Positions 1 to 13,042 of a stretch of DNA of 64,000 nt are shown here, in pieces. The notes below the pieces were generated by a model. That model ran no database searches. It was not told the origin of the DNA and saw only the letters and a program-made list of their open reading frames with translations. Every line of letters begins with the position of its first letter. Position 1 is the stretch's first letter. Both the position numbers and the translations under genes were made by a program. This DNA is from Squalus acanthias (Eukaryota), in assembly GCA_030390025.1 (NCBI GenBank), contig CM059440.1, positions 58,714,001-58,778,000 on the forward strand, given 5' to 3'.

Positions 1-604
1 CCTGTACTGAACTGGTTGATTTTAACCAGCATTTTTGTACATCTAAAATTGCAAATTATGATTACACTTCCTTCTTTGACCTTGTGCTTCAGCAGTGACA
101 GCAAATCCACCAATAACACAAATAGTTTACATAATAACAAGACACTGCGCACTTGGAACTCAATCCTAGCTGGTACAGCAATCAGGTCTGTGCAAGTTAC
201 TCGGAAATTGTAGCATTCAAAAAGTTTAAAAAGCGTTTCGAAAATTCAGCTGGTTTGGATTTTTTAATTTAAAATTTACTAAATACTCGCATGATAGATT
301 TCTACTGCTAAAAGGGTTTTTGTTCCAAGCACTTTTCAAGAATGGATTAGTTATAATTTTATGTGTACACAGCAGAAATATGCTCCATAACATTTCCCAT
401 GCTTTTCATTATAAATTCTTCAGAAAATGAGGAAAGCTGACCAATTACTTCCCAGAATTCAGCTATGTATCATTGGGACTTGGAAAAAGTTCTACAATTG
501 TCAATAATTAACTTGTTCAAAATGCAGTGAGTTTTCTGTAAACAACCTTTTCCCACCAAATAATAATGCACGCATCTGCTGCACAGAAGTAATCAATAAT
601 ATAC

Positions 605-743
605 CTGGCATTCCAGTGGCCAGTCCCTGGCTAAAAGCTAAGGCTGAGTTCACAGCTGCAGCCGCTACCAGGCTGTCTGCTTGTTGTCCTTGTTGGCTTT
701 GATTCGGGGTCAAAGGCCGCTGATTGGCTCCAGCACGCAGAAC
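605..743 (-). CDS. PUM1: PUM1 exon 11 ([15 protein letters not shown]...QGLATGMP)
   Basis: 139 nt; acceptor ttttataccag, donor CAG|gtatat; phase 0 to 1. Confidence 0.95.
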
Positions 744-1493
744 CTGGTATAAAACAGATGGGACTATTGAAACATCGCCCAACAGTGCTTTACACTTAGA
801 AGATACTGTGATGCAGATCGCCACATTCACGATTCAAAGAAAAGTGTAACAGAGGATTTATTATTCTATCTGGAAAGGAGAATTACCATGGGGGATCATA
901 ACGACTGAACTGTGGGAAATAGGGGTGGTAGACTTTTCTTGCTAATGGTCTCCCTTCCCCTCTTTTCCTGACGGTGCCGACTCATCACGAAAGTATTATT
1001 GCACAGGTGCTGAGCAACCTCAGGGCTTCATCCTTTATTCACATTTTCGCCTGTTTTGTGCAGGAGGGGGGGGGGGTGGAAAGAGACCACAACCAAGCCC
1101 TATTGTGTCCTCACTCTCGCATGTCTGTCAGGGGCTGGTGCATTGTTAGCCAGCATTACCTTTCCTAACCAAGGGCTCGAGAGACCAACAATAGCACCCC
1201 TATCACTACCTCAGCAGAGATCGGTGATGGGACTGGTGATTTTCCTGCTGTGGCTCAGCTATTCACTGGACATACAAGGAGGGTCATCAGGGAATCAACA
1301 TCAGACTTCAAAAAAAACAAACCATTATTCTGGCTGTCAGCATATTCTAAGTGTAGAACATTGTTTTTTTAAAAAAAATAATTTCAAGCAAAATAAGTTA
1401 AAAGACGCAATCCCAGGATAGATCAATAGCTCCAAATTGTACAAACATCTAAGCACCCTATAATTATTAGTTTTAGCTGCAATAACAATATAC

Positions 1494-1588
1494 TCAGTCT
1501 GGCTCAGGTCTTTTGAGTACAGAATTGAAATTCTCATTATCGAACACTGTTCTCAGTGAGGGCAAGTGTGTCATCATTGCCAGACTGA
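1494..1588 (-). ncRNA. SNORD103: C/D box snoRNA, SNORD103/SNORD85 family (guide for 18S rRNA Gm601, human numbering), intron 10
   Basis: Box C ATGATGA (1577-1571), guide ACTTGCCCTC then box D' CTGA (1556-1553), box D CTGA (1507-1504), 10-bp terminal stem TCAGTCTGGC/GCCAGACTGA. The guide is complementary to 18S GAGGGCAAGU. Confidence 0.93.
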
Positions 1589-2001
1589 CTTTTGTAAACC
1601 GACCACCAACACTTAGCTAACACTTTAGCTCCACTTAGAGCTTTTAAAGATGATCAGTATAAATACAACTTTACAATCTACACCTTTTTAAAAACCTGAC
1701 CAACTGCATTCGACAGTGACTGTAATAATGGCGTTCCTTGACATGAATTTATTTACGGCACATTAAATAATCATGTATTTTACAAATGCTTTTACCTCAC
1801 ATTCGATCTATGTAATTTAAAAGCAGAACGCTGAATCTTTAAAGGCAGTAAAGATGAAAGCATTGTGGAAGAATCGCCCAAAAATATTTCAAAGTGGGCA
1901 AAGTCCGTGCCTGTGTTCCAAACCAAAACATATTTGCCCAATTTCCCAGATTCAGTGTTAATGTTGTCATGTACCAAGCTATAAACAGATGGGTGACTTG
2001 C

Positions 2002-2147
2002 CTGTTGCTGCCCTTGCTGTGCCTGTGACGCAGCCTGCTGGTTTGCAGAGTTGTTAGCAGCTGCTGCTGCAGCTTGCTGCTGGAAGAGATTCGCTGGATA
2101 AACACCCCATGGAACACCGTAGTACTGAGGTGGAACCACTGCAGGGC
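2002..2147 (-). CDS. PUM1: PUM1 exon 10 ([25 protein letters not shown]...QQGQQQ)
   Basis: 146 nt; acceptor tgtgttag, non-canonical donor CAG|gcaagt; in frame with exon 11. Confidence 0.93.
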
Positions 2148-3091
2148 CTAACACAGTAAATACAGGGATTTAAAATAAAACCCACATAAATTATGCACTA
2201 TTTACATTATTGCAGTGCATGAAAACAATCCAGGTGAAAAATTATCACAAACGAAGCTTTCATTATATAGGATATTTCAACGGTGCATTTATTGTCTAAT
2301 GGACTTGCCACAAATTTTATGTGGGGGGACACAACACAGTAAATCTCACTATTTGTGTAGCCTAACTTTTTTCCATCGGTTAGTAAAATCGTATACACTG
2401 GCTGCACTTTAATAAATTCTAGACCTTGAGCTTTCTGAAAAGAAAAAAAAGCGCAACAAAATATGCCTGGTTACAGTGGATGCTCCTTAATGAAACCAGG
2501 AATGGGGCGGCGCATCAGTTAAAATTAGCAGCGCTTAAAAACCAGGGGTCAGGATGACTTCAATAAAGTCAATTAAACAAATGAGAGATTACAGAGGCAC
2601 ACTTCAAAAGACAGCTGAACGAGATTCCCTTCAAGGTGAACTGATCTACAACAACATTTGCGTGTCTGTTTCCAGATACATTAACATTGGCAACGTGAAA
2701 CCCAAACCTACACACCCCATTAGGGAAGTCAACCTAACCTATACACTACCCACTGAATACTTTGCAGTTACAATACACACCTTTTAATGCAGGCTTGTTT
2801 GGAGCCTATTGAAAACGGAGTTGAAATGAATCGTGGACTAAAGGAAGCCTAGAATATGCTCAATCTGGTATCAACATAAATCAATCAAATGGATTAAAAA
2901 CAGGAGTTCACGGACTGTGTCCAATAGAAGCACACTTTTCCTTTCTTTCCCACATTTTTAAAAGCCGATCTATATTTATTCTCCAGTTAACTGCAAACTC
3001 GCCCCTCACCCCCAACAGAATAGTTTTGATAAGTAAAATTATCAATGGCAGCAAAAGGTATGGATTTGGGGGTTCATCAGTAACAATATAC

Positions 3092-3186
3092 TCAGTCTGG
3101 CTCAGGTCTTTTGAGTACAGAATTGAAATTCTCATTATCGAACACTGTTCTCAGTGAGGGCAAGTGTGTCATCATTGCCAGACTGA
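3092..3186 (-). ncRNA. SNORD103: C/D box snoRNA, SNORD103 family, second copy, intron 9
   Basis: Identical to the copy at 1494-1588. Confidence 0.93.
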
Positions 3187-3599
3187 CTCCATAACCCTTT
3201 TGCTGTATTTATAGAATTATTTTTTAAATGATCTAGTTCTTAACTGGAGCAAACAATTTTTTTTTACCACTTTGAAGGTGTTCTTGCCCCATTTGAGACT
3301 TACTGGAATTGGACTAGATTAGGTTCAACTGATTCTGCCTTGCAAACTCTCATCAGCAATCCAGTTGAAAAGGACACTAGCTATTGCTCACTGAATAGAT
3401 TTCACAAGGATTTGAGAAGTACAACCAACAACCTGTTACAATGAAAGAAAAAACCTAAAACATATCCTGTCATGATGCTATCTTATAATCTTGTCAAGGT
3501 TACATTTCATCCTTGAGCTAAGAGTTTCATTGGGTTTAGGAACCATCATTCCTGTCTAAAAGGAACTTTGCTGAATTAAAATGATACACACACTGCTTC

Positions 3600-3670
3600 T
3601 GCAGATTAGTTTTGAATTTACCTCGCTTCAAGCACAGGCCATGTGGGCCAAGAGTGCCATCACTTCCACA
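3600..3670 (-). pseudogene. Degenerate snoRNA-like remnant related to 4844-4930
   Basis: 24 nt (3645-3668) are identical to 4904-4927, including the box C-like GTGATGG. No intact box D (CTGC instead) and no terminal stem. Confidence 0.4.
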
Positions 3671-3945
3671 AATTAAACCAACCCATTAAATGCACTAGGT
3701 GACCCGAAATCTAAAATCTTACTACACAACACGCCAATTGAGATAAAGTGAAGTCCAGAATGAGAAAAGGCCATTCCGCTCATCCAGCCTTCTCCATCCA
3801 GAACTATGTATTATTTTAATGTGGAATTTCTCCTTTCCCCTTCATCGCCTACTTCAAGAGGATCATTAAGTTCCTGCCCTTACCTTCGATTGGGGGAATG
3901 GAGGGAAAGAAATAATCAAGCAGTGCGATTAATTCTCTTCATTCA

Positions 3946-4242
<297 letters not shown>

Positions 4243-4843
4243 TTAACTGTAACCGCAATCACAAATCAATAGCCTTTAGCATGCAAGTAATTCGAAGTAA
4301 TTGCTCGCATCTTTTTTACAACACCAAAGAAAACCATTTCTGGAATTATGGTACTCTAAAGCTTACTATTTGTTGCAAGGGAAAATCAGATTACACTCAC
4401 AATAGGAAGTTGATTTGCACGAGCACTAAAAATTCATTGTTACTTAAAAACTCAGGGTCAAATACTTCACAGATACACAAAACATAACAAAGAAAACTTG
4501 TGATAAGTATATATACACACTGCAAAAGAAATTCAAATTTGATTTGTTGAATGCATTACTTGAGGTGTCTATTGCATTGCATTTAATTTGTCTAACAGTA
4601 ACCCGCAGTGGTTTGGGTACACTGGCATTGCTTGCAAGATTCGGAGTAGCTAAGAAATGCACTACAACCAGTAAGAATTGAAATTTAAAAAGGACAATGA
4701 ACTTCCTGCTGCTTCAGTTGATAAATGCACCCAAGTGATGTGTTTCCAAGACAGACAGACCAAAGAGCCACCCTGTGCAGCTAGCCTGCAAACATTGATA
4801 AGGCTTTCTTCAACTACTCCCCACCCCCACCCCAACCAGTTGT

Positions 4844-4930
4844 GTCTGGCTCAGATCACTAGACGACATAAAATGTTCTTGATACTGAATGCTTTTCGAC
4901 TGAGGGCCAAGAGTGCCATCACTTCCAGAC
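4844..4930 (-). ncRNA. Diverged SNORD103-like C/D snoRNA or snoRNA pseudogene, intron 8
   Basis: Terminal stem GTCTGG/CCAGAC, variant box C GTGATGG, altered guide CACTCTTGGCCCTCA, intact box D in CTGAGCCAGAC as in the canonical copies. Confidence 0.65.
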
Positions 4931-6000
4931 GTTTACAATGAATGCAATGTTTCCAATTACAACAAAAAAAGGGACCTTACAATCCTATCAATGCAGGAGC
5001 TTAAGTGGTACCATGCTGGTATATTTTTGTACAAGGCTGTCTAAATCCAATAAAATACATTTTATTCCATCTTGTGAGCAAAAAAAAAGCCACTCCACGT
5101 GTAAAATATATGAGTCAAGCAACGCAAGCATTCTCCTGTTGGCCCTGAATTATTCAGCCATTAAGCTGTATAGAATTGTACTATTTAATCTCGCAGCATA
5201 GCATTACAATGTTATTGGTGCCATTTGACTGCCCAGCAGTGCTGCACTGAGATAAAATGGTAATTTCAGGGACTTTAACACATCTAATAAAGGAAGGCAT
5301 CACAGCTTAACAGCTGAAAACTCCTCAAGGGGAAAACCGCAGCTTTAAATTGAAGCAGTACATTATGTCTCAGAAACCATTTCCCCCCTTCAACCAGTTA
5401 CCAAACTGTAACTAAACATCATTTAGTTTTAGTAATCATGCTCGGACAAACTGAATATAAGTTAGGACACTTAAGTAACAAAACGAAAAGCTAATGTTAC
5501 AAGATTTCAAAATCAACTTCTAACAATTCACTTACCCAGCCAAACAAACATATTTAATTTAAAATGGCTATCTCGAGCCTTTATGCTCACACTTCATACT
5601 ACAGCTCAACAAATTGACACGTCCCCATGGATACCCAATGGCTCCAGAAGGCAATGAAGTACATAAACAGGAAGATTAAGTCTAGGTCCCAATTATATTG
5701 GGTTCTCGTCCAAGTAACACAGATGTCGTTCTAGTCATTAGTAAGTACTTCCTCCAGAGTTTACTGTCAACTCCCCTCCATCCAATACATTAAATAGCCT
5801 ACCAAATTACATACAATTACTACCAAGGTTAAGTTCTCCTTTAAAGCAGGGATTTCACGTCTGTCTGTCGACAAATCTTCAAATCATTTGCTCCCCATTT
5901 AGCACAGCTAAATACCAAGAACTGCGGTAACGGCTGAATGACCAAATAATCTCCCATCAGATATTTAGGTGGGTGCACAATCGGTACACAAACTGGTTTA

Positions 6001-6123
<123 letters not shown>

Positions 6124-6419
6124 CTAAACAAAAAAAAAGAGAAGTTTTTAAAATATACTGAATATTGGTCCACTTATACATTTATGCCATTATCTAGCAC
6201 AGCTGTAGTTTTCTCCTACAATTCCGTACACTATTTCTTCTTATTTCAACAACTACTACTTCTCAATAAGAAATTGAGAGGGAAATTCAGCTAGGTTATT
6301 ACAGCAGACTTTCAGAGGCTGCCTGTCCCCTCAAAATGAAGGAAAGCGTAAAGGTGAGCCACCATTTAAAAAAAAAATAATTTTTTTTTTTTTTTTTTAA
6401 GTACTTCTCGAGCTACATT

Positions 6420-6552
6420 ATCACACGTATAAACATTATTTCCTACATTACAACAGTGACTACACTTCAAAAAGTACTTCATTGGCTGTGAAGCACTTTG
6501 GGACGTCCGGTGGTCATGAAAGGCGCTATATAAATGCAAATCTTTCTTTCTT
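6420..6552 (+). mobile_element. 3' fragment of Deu-type SINE with L2-like tail
   Basis: acaacagtgactacacttcaaaa...aaggcgctatataaatgcaa; reverse complement of the start of the 30415 copy. Confidence 0.7.
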
Positions 6553-6829
6553 TCTATTCCCTATATTGAGAATAGGGATAGACCAGTTTCACAATACATG
6601 GGAAGAATAACTCTGTTTCCCAGTAGCAATGAGGCACATTGGGCGACCAAGAAGGGCACTTAGAGCCACATTGAGAGGGAGAGAAAATTAAACCCCAAAA
6701 AGTGTCAAGCAGTGGTTTTTGGGTGCAATACTGCATGGCTGATTGACTACATGCCGCTGGATACTTGCTCCTCTCAGCCCAGAGAGGCATGGAGCAGACC
6801 TGCAGCAGAGGGACCTCTGTTGGAAATAG

Positions 6830-6975
6830 ACAGATCAGTCAGCATCTGTGAAAATAAATAAGTTAATGTTGAGTGTAACTGATGAAAGGTTACACCCAAA
6901 ATGTTCATTTTACAGATGTTGATTGACCTGCTCAGTATTGCCAATGTTGTTTTGGATTTCTAGTGTTTGCCGTTT
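6830..6975 (+). mobile_element. Old Penelope-derived palindromic element
   Basis: cagcatctgt ... ctgatgaaaggttacaccc ... acagatgttgattgacctgct; degenerate version of 17671-17893. Confidence 0.5.
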
Positions 6976-7636
6976 CTTTCCTTTTTAATTATTTCTCAAT
7001 AAAGCCCACTAATTAACGGAGCTTCTTAAAAAAAGGGAAAACTGTATCACGCAAGTGAACTTCCCCAACAATTTGCAGGAGATTTTTTGTTTTGTCTATA
7101 TAGAATACATGTTCAGATTCCACTGAAACCTACTTTCCTCTGTGGTTAACTTGTATCTGCCCAGATTAATTATTGGCAGATCTACAGTTTCCAAGGTCTA
7201 AAACAACTCGATTGATTTAGTTATAATGAAACACTTAAATAACCACAATTTTAAAAAGCTGTTATGTAATTTCAAATGTTAAAGATACATGTAGCTTTTT
7301 CTGAAGCTTCAGTTTTAAATGCTTCTTTTTTTTTTTAAAAAGAGACTTCGGTACCAAGGATTTTACTTTTGGTTCATTAAGAATGCACACGTCTGTTGGG
7401 TTAATTCCAAGTCTGCTGTTTGGGTGCTGCAGTAATGATGACAAACTGTTTAACTAAGAGATCTGTGCAGTTGTAGCTGCCTGCCTCATTTCAGCACATA
7501 GTCATTACACAGTTAGACAAAAACAAACTACTCCAGGTTTCCAAAACAGAAATGAGGCAGCGGTGTGGAGATGGGGGAAAAGGTGCAGCTTCGGTGGCAT
7601 CAGATCCATGCCCGCCATCCCCACAACAAGCTATGG

Positions 7637-8411
7637 CAGTGGTTCTCAAACTGGGGTCTGGAGAGACTTTCCAGAGGTCCGCAAAATAATGTGAATGTGC
7701 AGCCGGAGGCAGGCTTGGTGTGAGATGGGAGCGGAGGGCAGCCGCCACATGTGCAGCTTAGATGGGGAGATGCCTGGAGGTTATAAACCCATTTACAATC
7801 AATTCCCAAATTGCTGTTTACCAACAAAATAGCTTCCCTAGTTGTCCAGGCTAAAAACAATAGGTTGTAGTTTAGAGACCATCCCTTAAATCTGAGGGGT
7901 ATGGCTAAAAGTTTAATCAGTTCACAAGTCTCTTCCCTGGATAAAATGCTGCATTATTTTACAAGGAAGGAAAACAGACCAACTCAGCGAACCAATAGAA
8001 GAACCCTCTTTACAACAGATCACAGACTGTGCAAAGACACAAAGTAGTGTGTGGCCAAAATCATGCCACCTACCTTCTAAATACAGTTGGTACTGAGTGC
8101 CCTTAGCATTGCTATACCAACATTTTCAGGAAACATGGTGGTAGAGTTTAAGCTGCGGAATTAGGGACACTTTCCCTCCCTCACCTGGGGAAAAACATCA
8201 CACCAAGGATAGACAGACTCTGCAGTGGGAGGCAGGCACACCCACCTCACTGATATCTAAGTAAATACCTGTTTTCTTAAAAGCATTATTAAAACACTCT
8301 TTACTCCTGCAGCACTTTCATATTACGAGTATTATAACTTAGATGGGGGGTCCGGGATCACTAATCCATTTGAAAAGGGGTACATCAATCAAAAAAGTTT
8401 GCGAACCACTG
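7637..8411. mobile_element. Non-autonomous hAT (Charlie-like) DNA transposon
   Basis: TIRs CAGTGGTTCTCAAACT / AGTTTGCGAACCACTG; 8-bp TSD agctatgg (7629-7636) / agctatga (8412-8419). Confidence 0.85.
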
Positions 8412-8447
8412 AGCTATGACGTCAAGGCATTCAATGAGTAATTAAAT

Positions 8448-9390
8448 CATAGGATTACATAGGATATACAGCACAGAAACAGGCCATTCGGCCCAACCAG
8501 TCCATGCCGGCGTTTATGCTCCACTCAAGCCTCCTCCCACATCTAACTATCGGCATAATTCTCTATTCCCTTCTCCCTCATATGCTTATCTAGCCTCCCC
8601 TTAAATAATCTTCTTAGGCAGTCCCTCGGAACCGAGGATGACTTGCTTCCACATTAAAAATGAGTTCTCAGGTGACTGATGAGTCCAATGCGGGACCGAC
8701 AGTCTCTGTCACAGGTGGGGCAGACGGTGGTTGAAGGGGCGGGTGGGTGGGGTGCTTGGGTTGATGTGCGCTCCTTGCGCTTGGCTTCCACTTACACCTG
8801 GCGAAGAGACTCGGGGTGCTCGGCGCCTTCCCGGATGCTTCTCCTCCACTTTGTGCGGTCTTGGACAAAGGTCCTCTACCAACCTGCCCCCGCCACACAG
8901 TACTGCCCCCCGATTATCAAAATCCACAACAAGGCCTTGGACAGCGTGGACCACTTTCCATACCTCGGGAGCCTACTGTCAAATAAGGGCAGACGTCGAT
9001 GACGAAGTCCAACACCGCCTTCAGTGTGCCAGTGCAGCCTTCTGTCGCCTGAGGAAGAGAGTGTTTGAAGACCAGGACCTCAAACCCGGCACTAAGCTCA
9101 TGGTCTACAGAGCAGCAGTGATACCCGCCCTGCTGTATGCCTCAGAGACATGGACCATGTACAGCAGGCACCTCAAAGCACTGGAGAGGTACCACCAACG
9201 CTGCCTCCGCAAGATCCTGCAAATCATTGGCAGGATAGGCGCACCAACGTCAGTATTCTCGCTCAGGCCCCTTAAATGCCGTTCGCTTCAACCACTCCCT
9301 GTGGTAGTGAGTTCCACATTCTCACCACGCTCTGGGTAAAGAAGTTTCTTTCTATCTTTGATTTCTTGGTGACTGTCACATATTGATGGC
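8448..9390 (-). mobile_element. CR1 LINE 3' fragment interrupted by an RTE insertion
   Basis: Typical CR1 3' UTR (acagcacagaaacaggccattcggccc) that resumes after 9277 (gagttccacattctcaccac). Confidence 0.75.
8607..9267. mobile_element. RTE-clade LINE, 5'-truncated with a 5' inversion
   Basis: 8607-8864 on minus is the C-terminus with CPTCDRDCRSRIGLISHLRTH and an AAG tail. 8864-9267 on plus is the RT thumb (FPYLGSLLS, ASAAFCRL, LLYASETW). TSD ccccttaaat at 8597-8606 and 9268-9277. Confidence 0.85.
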
Positions 9391-9639
9391 CATCAAGAGG
9401 GTGAAGTCAACTTCAATTGCTCTTGACCACCTTCTGGCAGTAATTTACAGAATCCCAGCAGCAAGGTCAAGGCAGACTTACTACGCAAGAGGGGGAATCT
9501 GGTGTGGTGGTGGGGACAACTGCACACGAGGGTAGGAAAAGTTAAAGTGTGCGAAGCAGATTATAAAATGTATTCGTGAATTACAATTTCTGAATGAAGA
9601 TGAAGGGATGTTCAGGGCTCCTTATCTGGCCCAATAGGT

Positions 9640-9929
9640 CAATTTTGGATACTGAGGGACTCGAGAGATATGGGGATAGTGCGGGAAGGTGCAGTTGAGG
9701 TAGATCAGCCATGATCCTACTGAATGGCGGAGCAGGCTCGAAGAGCCGAATGGCCGACTCCCAGTGTTCCCTGTAAGGTGTGCGGCCCCACACTGTTCCT
9801 AGGAACCCGTGCAGTCGGCTTGCCAGCATTTCAATGTAAAAACCGCGCATGCGTGGTATTTTGAAGGGGCCGCGCAGGGCCTAAAAAAATTACAGGGAAC
9901 ACAGCCTACTCCTGCTCCTATTTCTTATG
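9640..9929 (+). mobile_element. CR1 3' end fragment containing a hAT MITE
   Basis: gaatggcggagcaggctcga...cctactcctgctcctatttcttatg. Confidence 0.75.
9762..9904. mobile_element. hAT MITE (TIR CARTGTTCCCT)
   Basis: TIRs cagtgttccctgtaa / ttacagggaacacag; 8-bp TSD ccgactcc / cctactcc. Confidence 0.8.
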
Positions 9930-9944
9930 TCAAGTCACTACTCA

Positions 9945-10240
9945 ATATAGTATGAAGCCATACAGACCTAAAAGGTTGTCGATTCGATTCCCAGTCTGAG
10001 CTGAGTTAGCCGATCTAAGCCCAGGCAGCACCTGGGAGACTACAACTGGCTCAGAGGTGGGGCCGAGAAAACCCAGCCAGTGCTCCTGCTCGCTACTGCC
10101 ATCCACAAGGCCTGTGTAACTGCCAACATTGGGAGAGGACAGTTTTGGGCTTGACTACAATGTCAACCACAGCCAAATAACCTGCCAACACTTTCTAACT
10201 ACGTTCACAGAACAACATCCACTTGATTTGGGTACTAAAA
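9945..10240 (+). mobile_element. Abundant SINE-like repeat. Further diverged copies near 15600-15930, 20420-20700, 32090-32580, 47960-48270, 55730-55960, 57060-57390, 58405-58900; opposite orientation near 24520-24870, 49290-49670, 51830-52130, 56630-56940
   Basis: Recurrent block ttcgat(t)cccagtctg..ctgagttagc.gatct..gcc...actacaa.tggc..ca with a B-box-like head. Confidence 0.55.
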
Positions 10241-10349
10241 GGAGCAATATTCCTCAACTAAAACCGCAGTGATATAATGTGTAGTTACTACCATACAAAA
10301 GTAAAGATGGAGGGGTTTGGTTTTTAATGTCATGGGACTAGACATATAA

Positions 10350-10742
10350 TTACATAGAAATTACAACACGGAAACAGGTCGTTCAGCCCAAGAAGTTCAT
10401 ATGGTGTTTATCCTCCACATGAGCAATAGTCTTAATCCACTGCAGCCACCCTGTTCCTATATCCCTTCCCGCCATTCCATCAACCACCCACGTAACATTT
10501 TTTTAAACGTTGGCATGATCTCTGCTTCAGTCACTAACTCTGGTGGTGCTTCCCACTCTCTGCATAAAAAAAAAGTTTCTCCTGTTCTCTGTCCTAAACC
10601 TCTTGCATTTCATCTTATACCCAATGTCTCCTTGTTCTGGACTTCGCAACCACTGGAAAAAGTCAGTTTCTATCTACTTGAGAATCCCTTCAGAATTTTA
10701 AAAACATCCATCAAATCACTCCACAATCTCCTTTGTTCTAAT
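10350..10742 (-). mobile_element. Old CR1 3' fragment
   Basis: Similarity to the reverse complement of the CR1 3' ends at 12020-12740 and 59295-59985. Confidence 0.6.
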
Positions 10743-11050
10743 GTCGCGACCGCCCTCCAGTCAAGTATAATTACTACTTTAAAAAAAACTAAAACGCACT
10801 ACCTCACCTTACTGACATTGAATTCCATCTGCCACAGCTGCCAGGAGCTTTGGAACTGTATCCCTGTAGGGTCTGCATGAGGGGGGAGTCGGGGAGAAAA
10901 CTGAGATGGCGTGGGGGTTAGGTACTTCAGTTTGTACCAACAGTTAATATGTACATCCCTCCCACCGCAGGACCAGCTAGTCAAAAATGGATTGGGGGGT
11001 CCTTCAATTCTCTAACTTAAACTCAGTTGTGCAGATGTGGGCAAACTAAC

Positions 11051-11324
11051 CTGTTGTTGCGAGCTGTAGTCAAACAGACTCACAGCAGCCGTTGCTGAAT
11101 CCATTTGCACCTGGCTACTGGAATAATCAAACTGCAGCGAGTCCAGCCCTACAGGTTCCATCGAATCCAAGGGCACGTTCTGTGACTCCACATTGTTGAA
11201 GTCTTCTGTAGGCTTTACATTGTTGCTGTTGGCCAGCTGACCCAGGCCTTCCGAACTGTTCTGGTTAGGTCCAAGAAGATCCACTACTTCGTTTGGGGAG
11301 GTCTGACAGCTGCCGGGGGTACGG
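11051..11324 (-). CDS. PUM1: PUM1 exon 7 ([22 protein letters not shown]...LFDYSSQQQ)
   Basis: 274 nt; acceptor ctttgtgtag, donor CAG|gttagt; phase 2 to 0. Confidence 0.95.
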
Positions 11325-12019
11325 CTACACAAAGAAAAGTTAGTCGTCATTCTTGTATATGCAACAGAAATACTCACATCTCATTGTTATTAGTAATGCT
11401 TATACCAGAAGACAGGCACATTTAACAGCAACCGTACAACTTTAAATCAGTCACAGAAAACGTAAAAGGGACTATGTTGTACAAATAAATATATGTTGAT
11501 CTGGAGATTTGAATTTACATACAAGATCTTAATTACAAGATTTTGCAGAGGATTGTTTGGTTTACAGCAAGTGTTAAAAGCAGTCTTGGTCAAGCACTGC
11601 CATAGTCAGCATGCAACATTAAATATTTAGATTTTTTAATAAAAATGAATGCCACCCCATGAACCAATAATCGAGTTTCCACAGTTGGCATAGAACTAAA
11701 AATCTACAACATAAAGTCTCATTTAAGCAAAAGATACATCGCTTAAGGAGATAAAATTTGCTCTTATACAGTCGTTGAACCATTTAATACTAATCAAAAA
11801 AAGTTTCACAGTAAGCCACGTGCTGCTGACAAAGGGAAAATAGAACCACAGAATGTTCCTCAAATGTAACATTATGTAAAACATATTAAGGAGGATCACA
11901 TGCTTGAAATGACATAAAAGGGCAAGTGTTCCCTGGTCGGATCCAATATATGTGGAAAATTGACCATTTTTCTGTTCCTTCCAACAGAAGTGGAATAATG
12001 AGGCCACTTATTCCTTGGA

Positions 12020-12740
12020 AGGCAAGAGATTAAATGGGGTAGAAAAGCAAATAAATCACTAAAAGTAGCAATACAGGTTGAGTGATGCCATATAAGAGCT
12101 TAAACAAAGTACTGGGGCTCATTTCTAGAGCAATAGAATACAAAAGCAGGGAGGTAATGTTAAATTTATATAGAACCTTGGTTAGACCACACAAATAGTG
12201 TGTGTAGTTCTGGTCTCCACACTACAAAAAGGATACTGAAGCACTGGAGAAAGTGCAGAAAAGATGTACAAGCATGTTACCAGAATTGAGATGATGCAAC
12301 TATCATGAAAGATTGAGCAGGCTGGGGTGCTTTTCTCTGTACGAGAAGACTAAGGAGACCTGATAGAGGTCTTTAAAATTATGCAGTGGTTCAAAAGGGT
12401 GATGTGGAGAAACTGTTCCCACTTGTGGCGGAGCCCAGTACAAAGGAGCACAAATATAACAGCCACCAACAGATCAAATAAAGAATTTAGGAGGAGTATC
12501 TTTACACAGAGTGGCGAGAATGTGGAACTCACTGCCACATGGAGTGGTTGAAGCAGAGAGCATTGGTGTATTTAAAGGGAGGCTTGATGCATACATGAGG
12601 GATATGGGAATAGAGGGACATGGGAACAGTGTGGAAAGAGGTAATGTGAGTAGGAGGCTCGTGTGGATTATAAACATCGGCCTAAATCTGTTGGGCCAAA
12701 TGGCCTATTTGTGCTGTAGATTCTAAGTAATTCTACGTAA
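12020..12740 (+). mobile_element. CR1 LINE 3' portion, degenerate
   Basis: YKSREVMLNLYRTLVRPH, LEKVQKR and RMWNSLPHGVVEA motifs plus 3' UTR. Confidence 0.85.
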
Positions 12741-13042
12741 CTGCAAATTTCCAGAATTTGAAACATACATTTTTAATGCACAGTTCAAAACCAAAAAGTT
12801 AAATATAACTTATGTTTTCATCGATATTTAACACTGCAGGGGCAGAAGTGCTGTTGACAAAACTGCGAGGGGGGATTGTGGCCTGATGGCCAAGCATGTT
12901 GATATACCAACAGCTTACCCCATGGATTTATGGGACATAGGTTAGCACCCATAAATCTGTACACAGCAAATGTGTGATTTTGACTATGCCACTAGGACAA
13001 GCATCTAGTGAAAGATATGCATCAGAAGAGAATGGAACACAA

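Noticed and set aside
1337-3135. Two ORFs starting MRISILYSKDLSQTEYIV
   Set aside because: By-product of the duplicated snoRNA cassette
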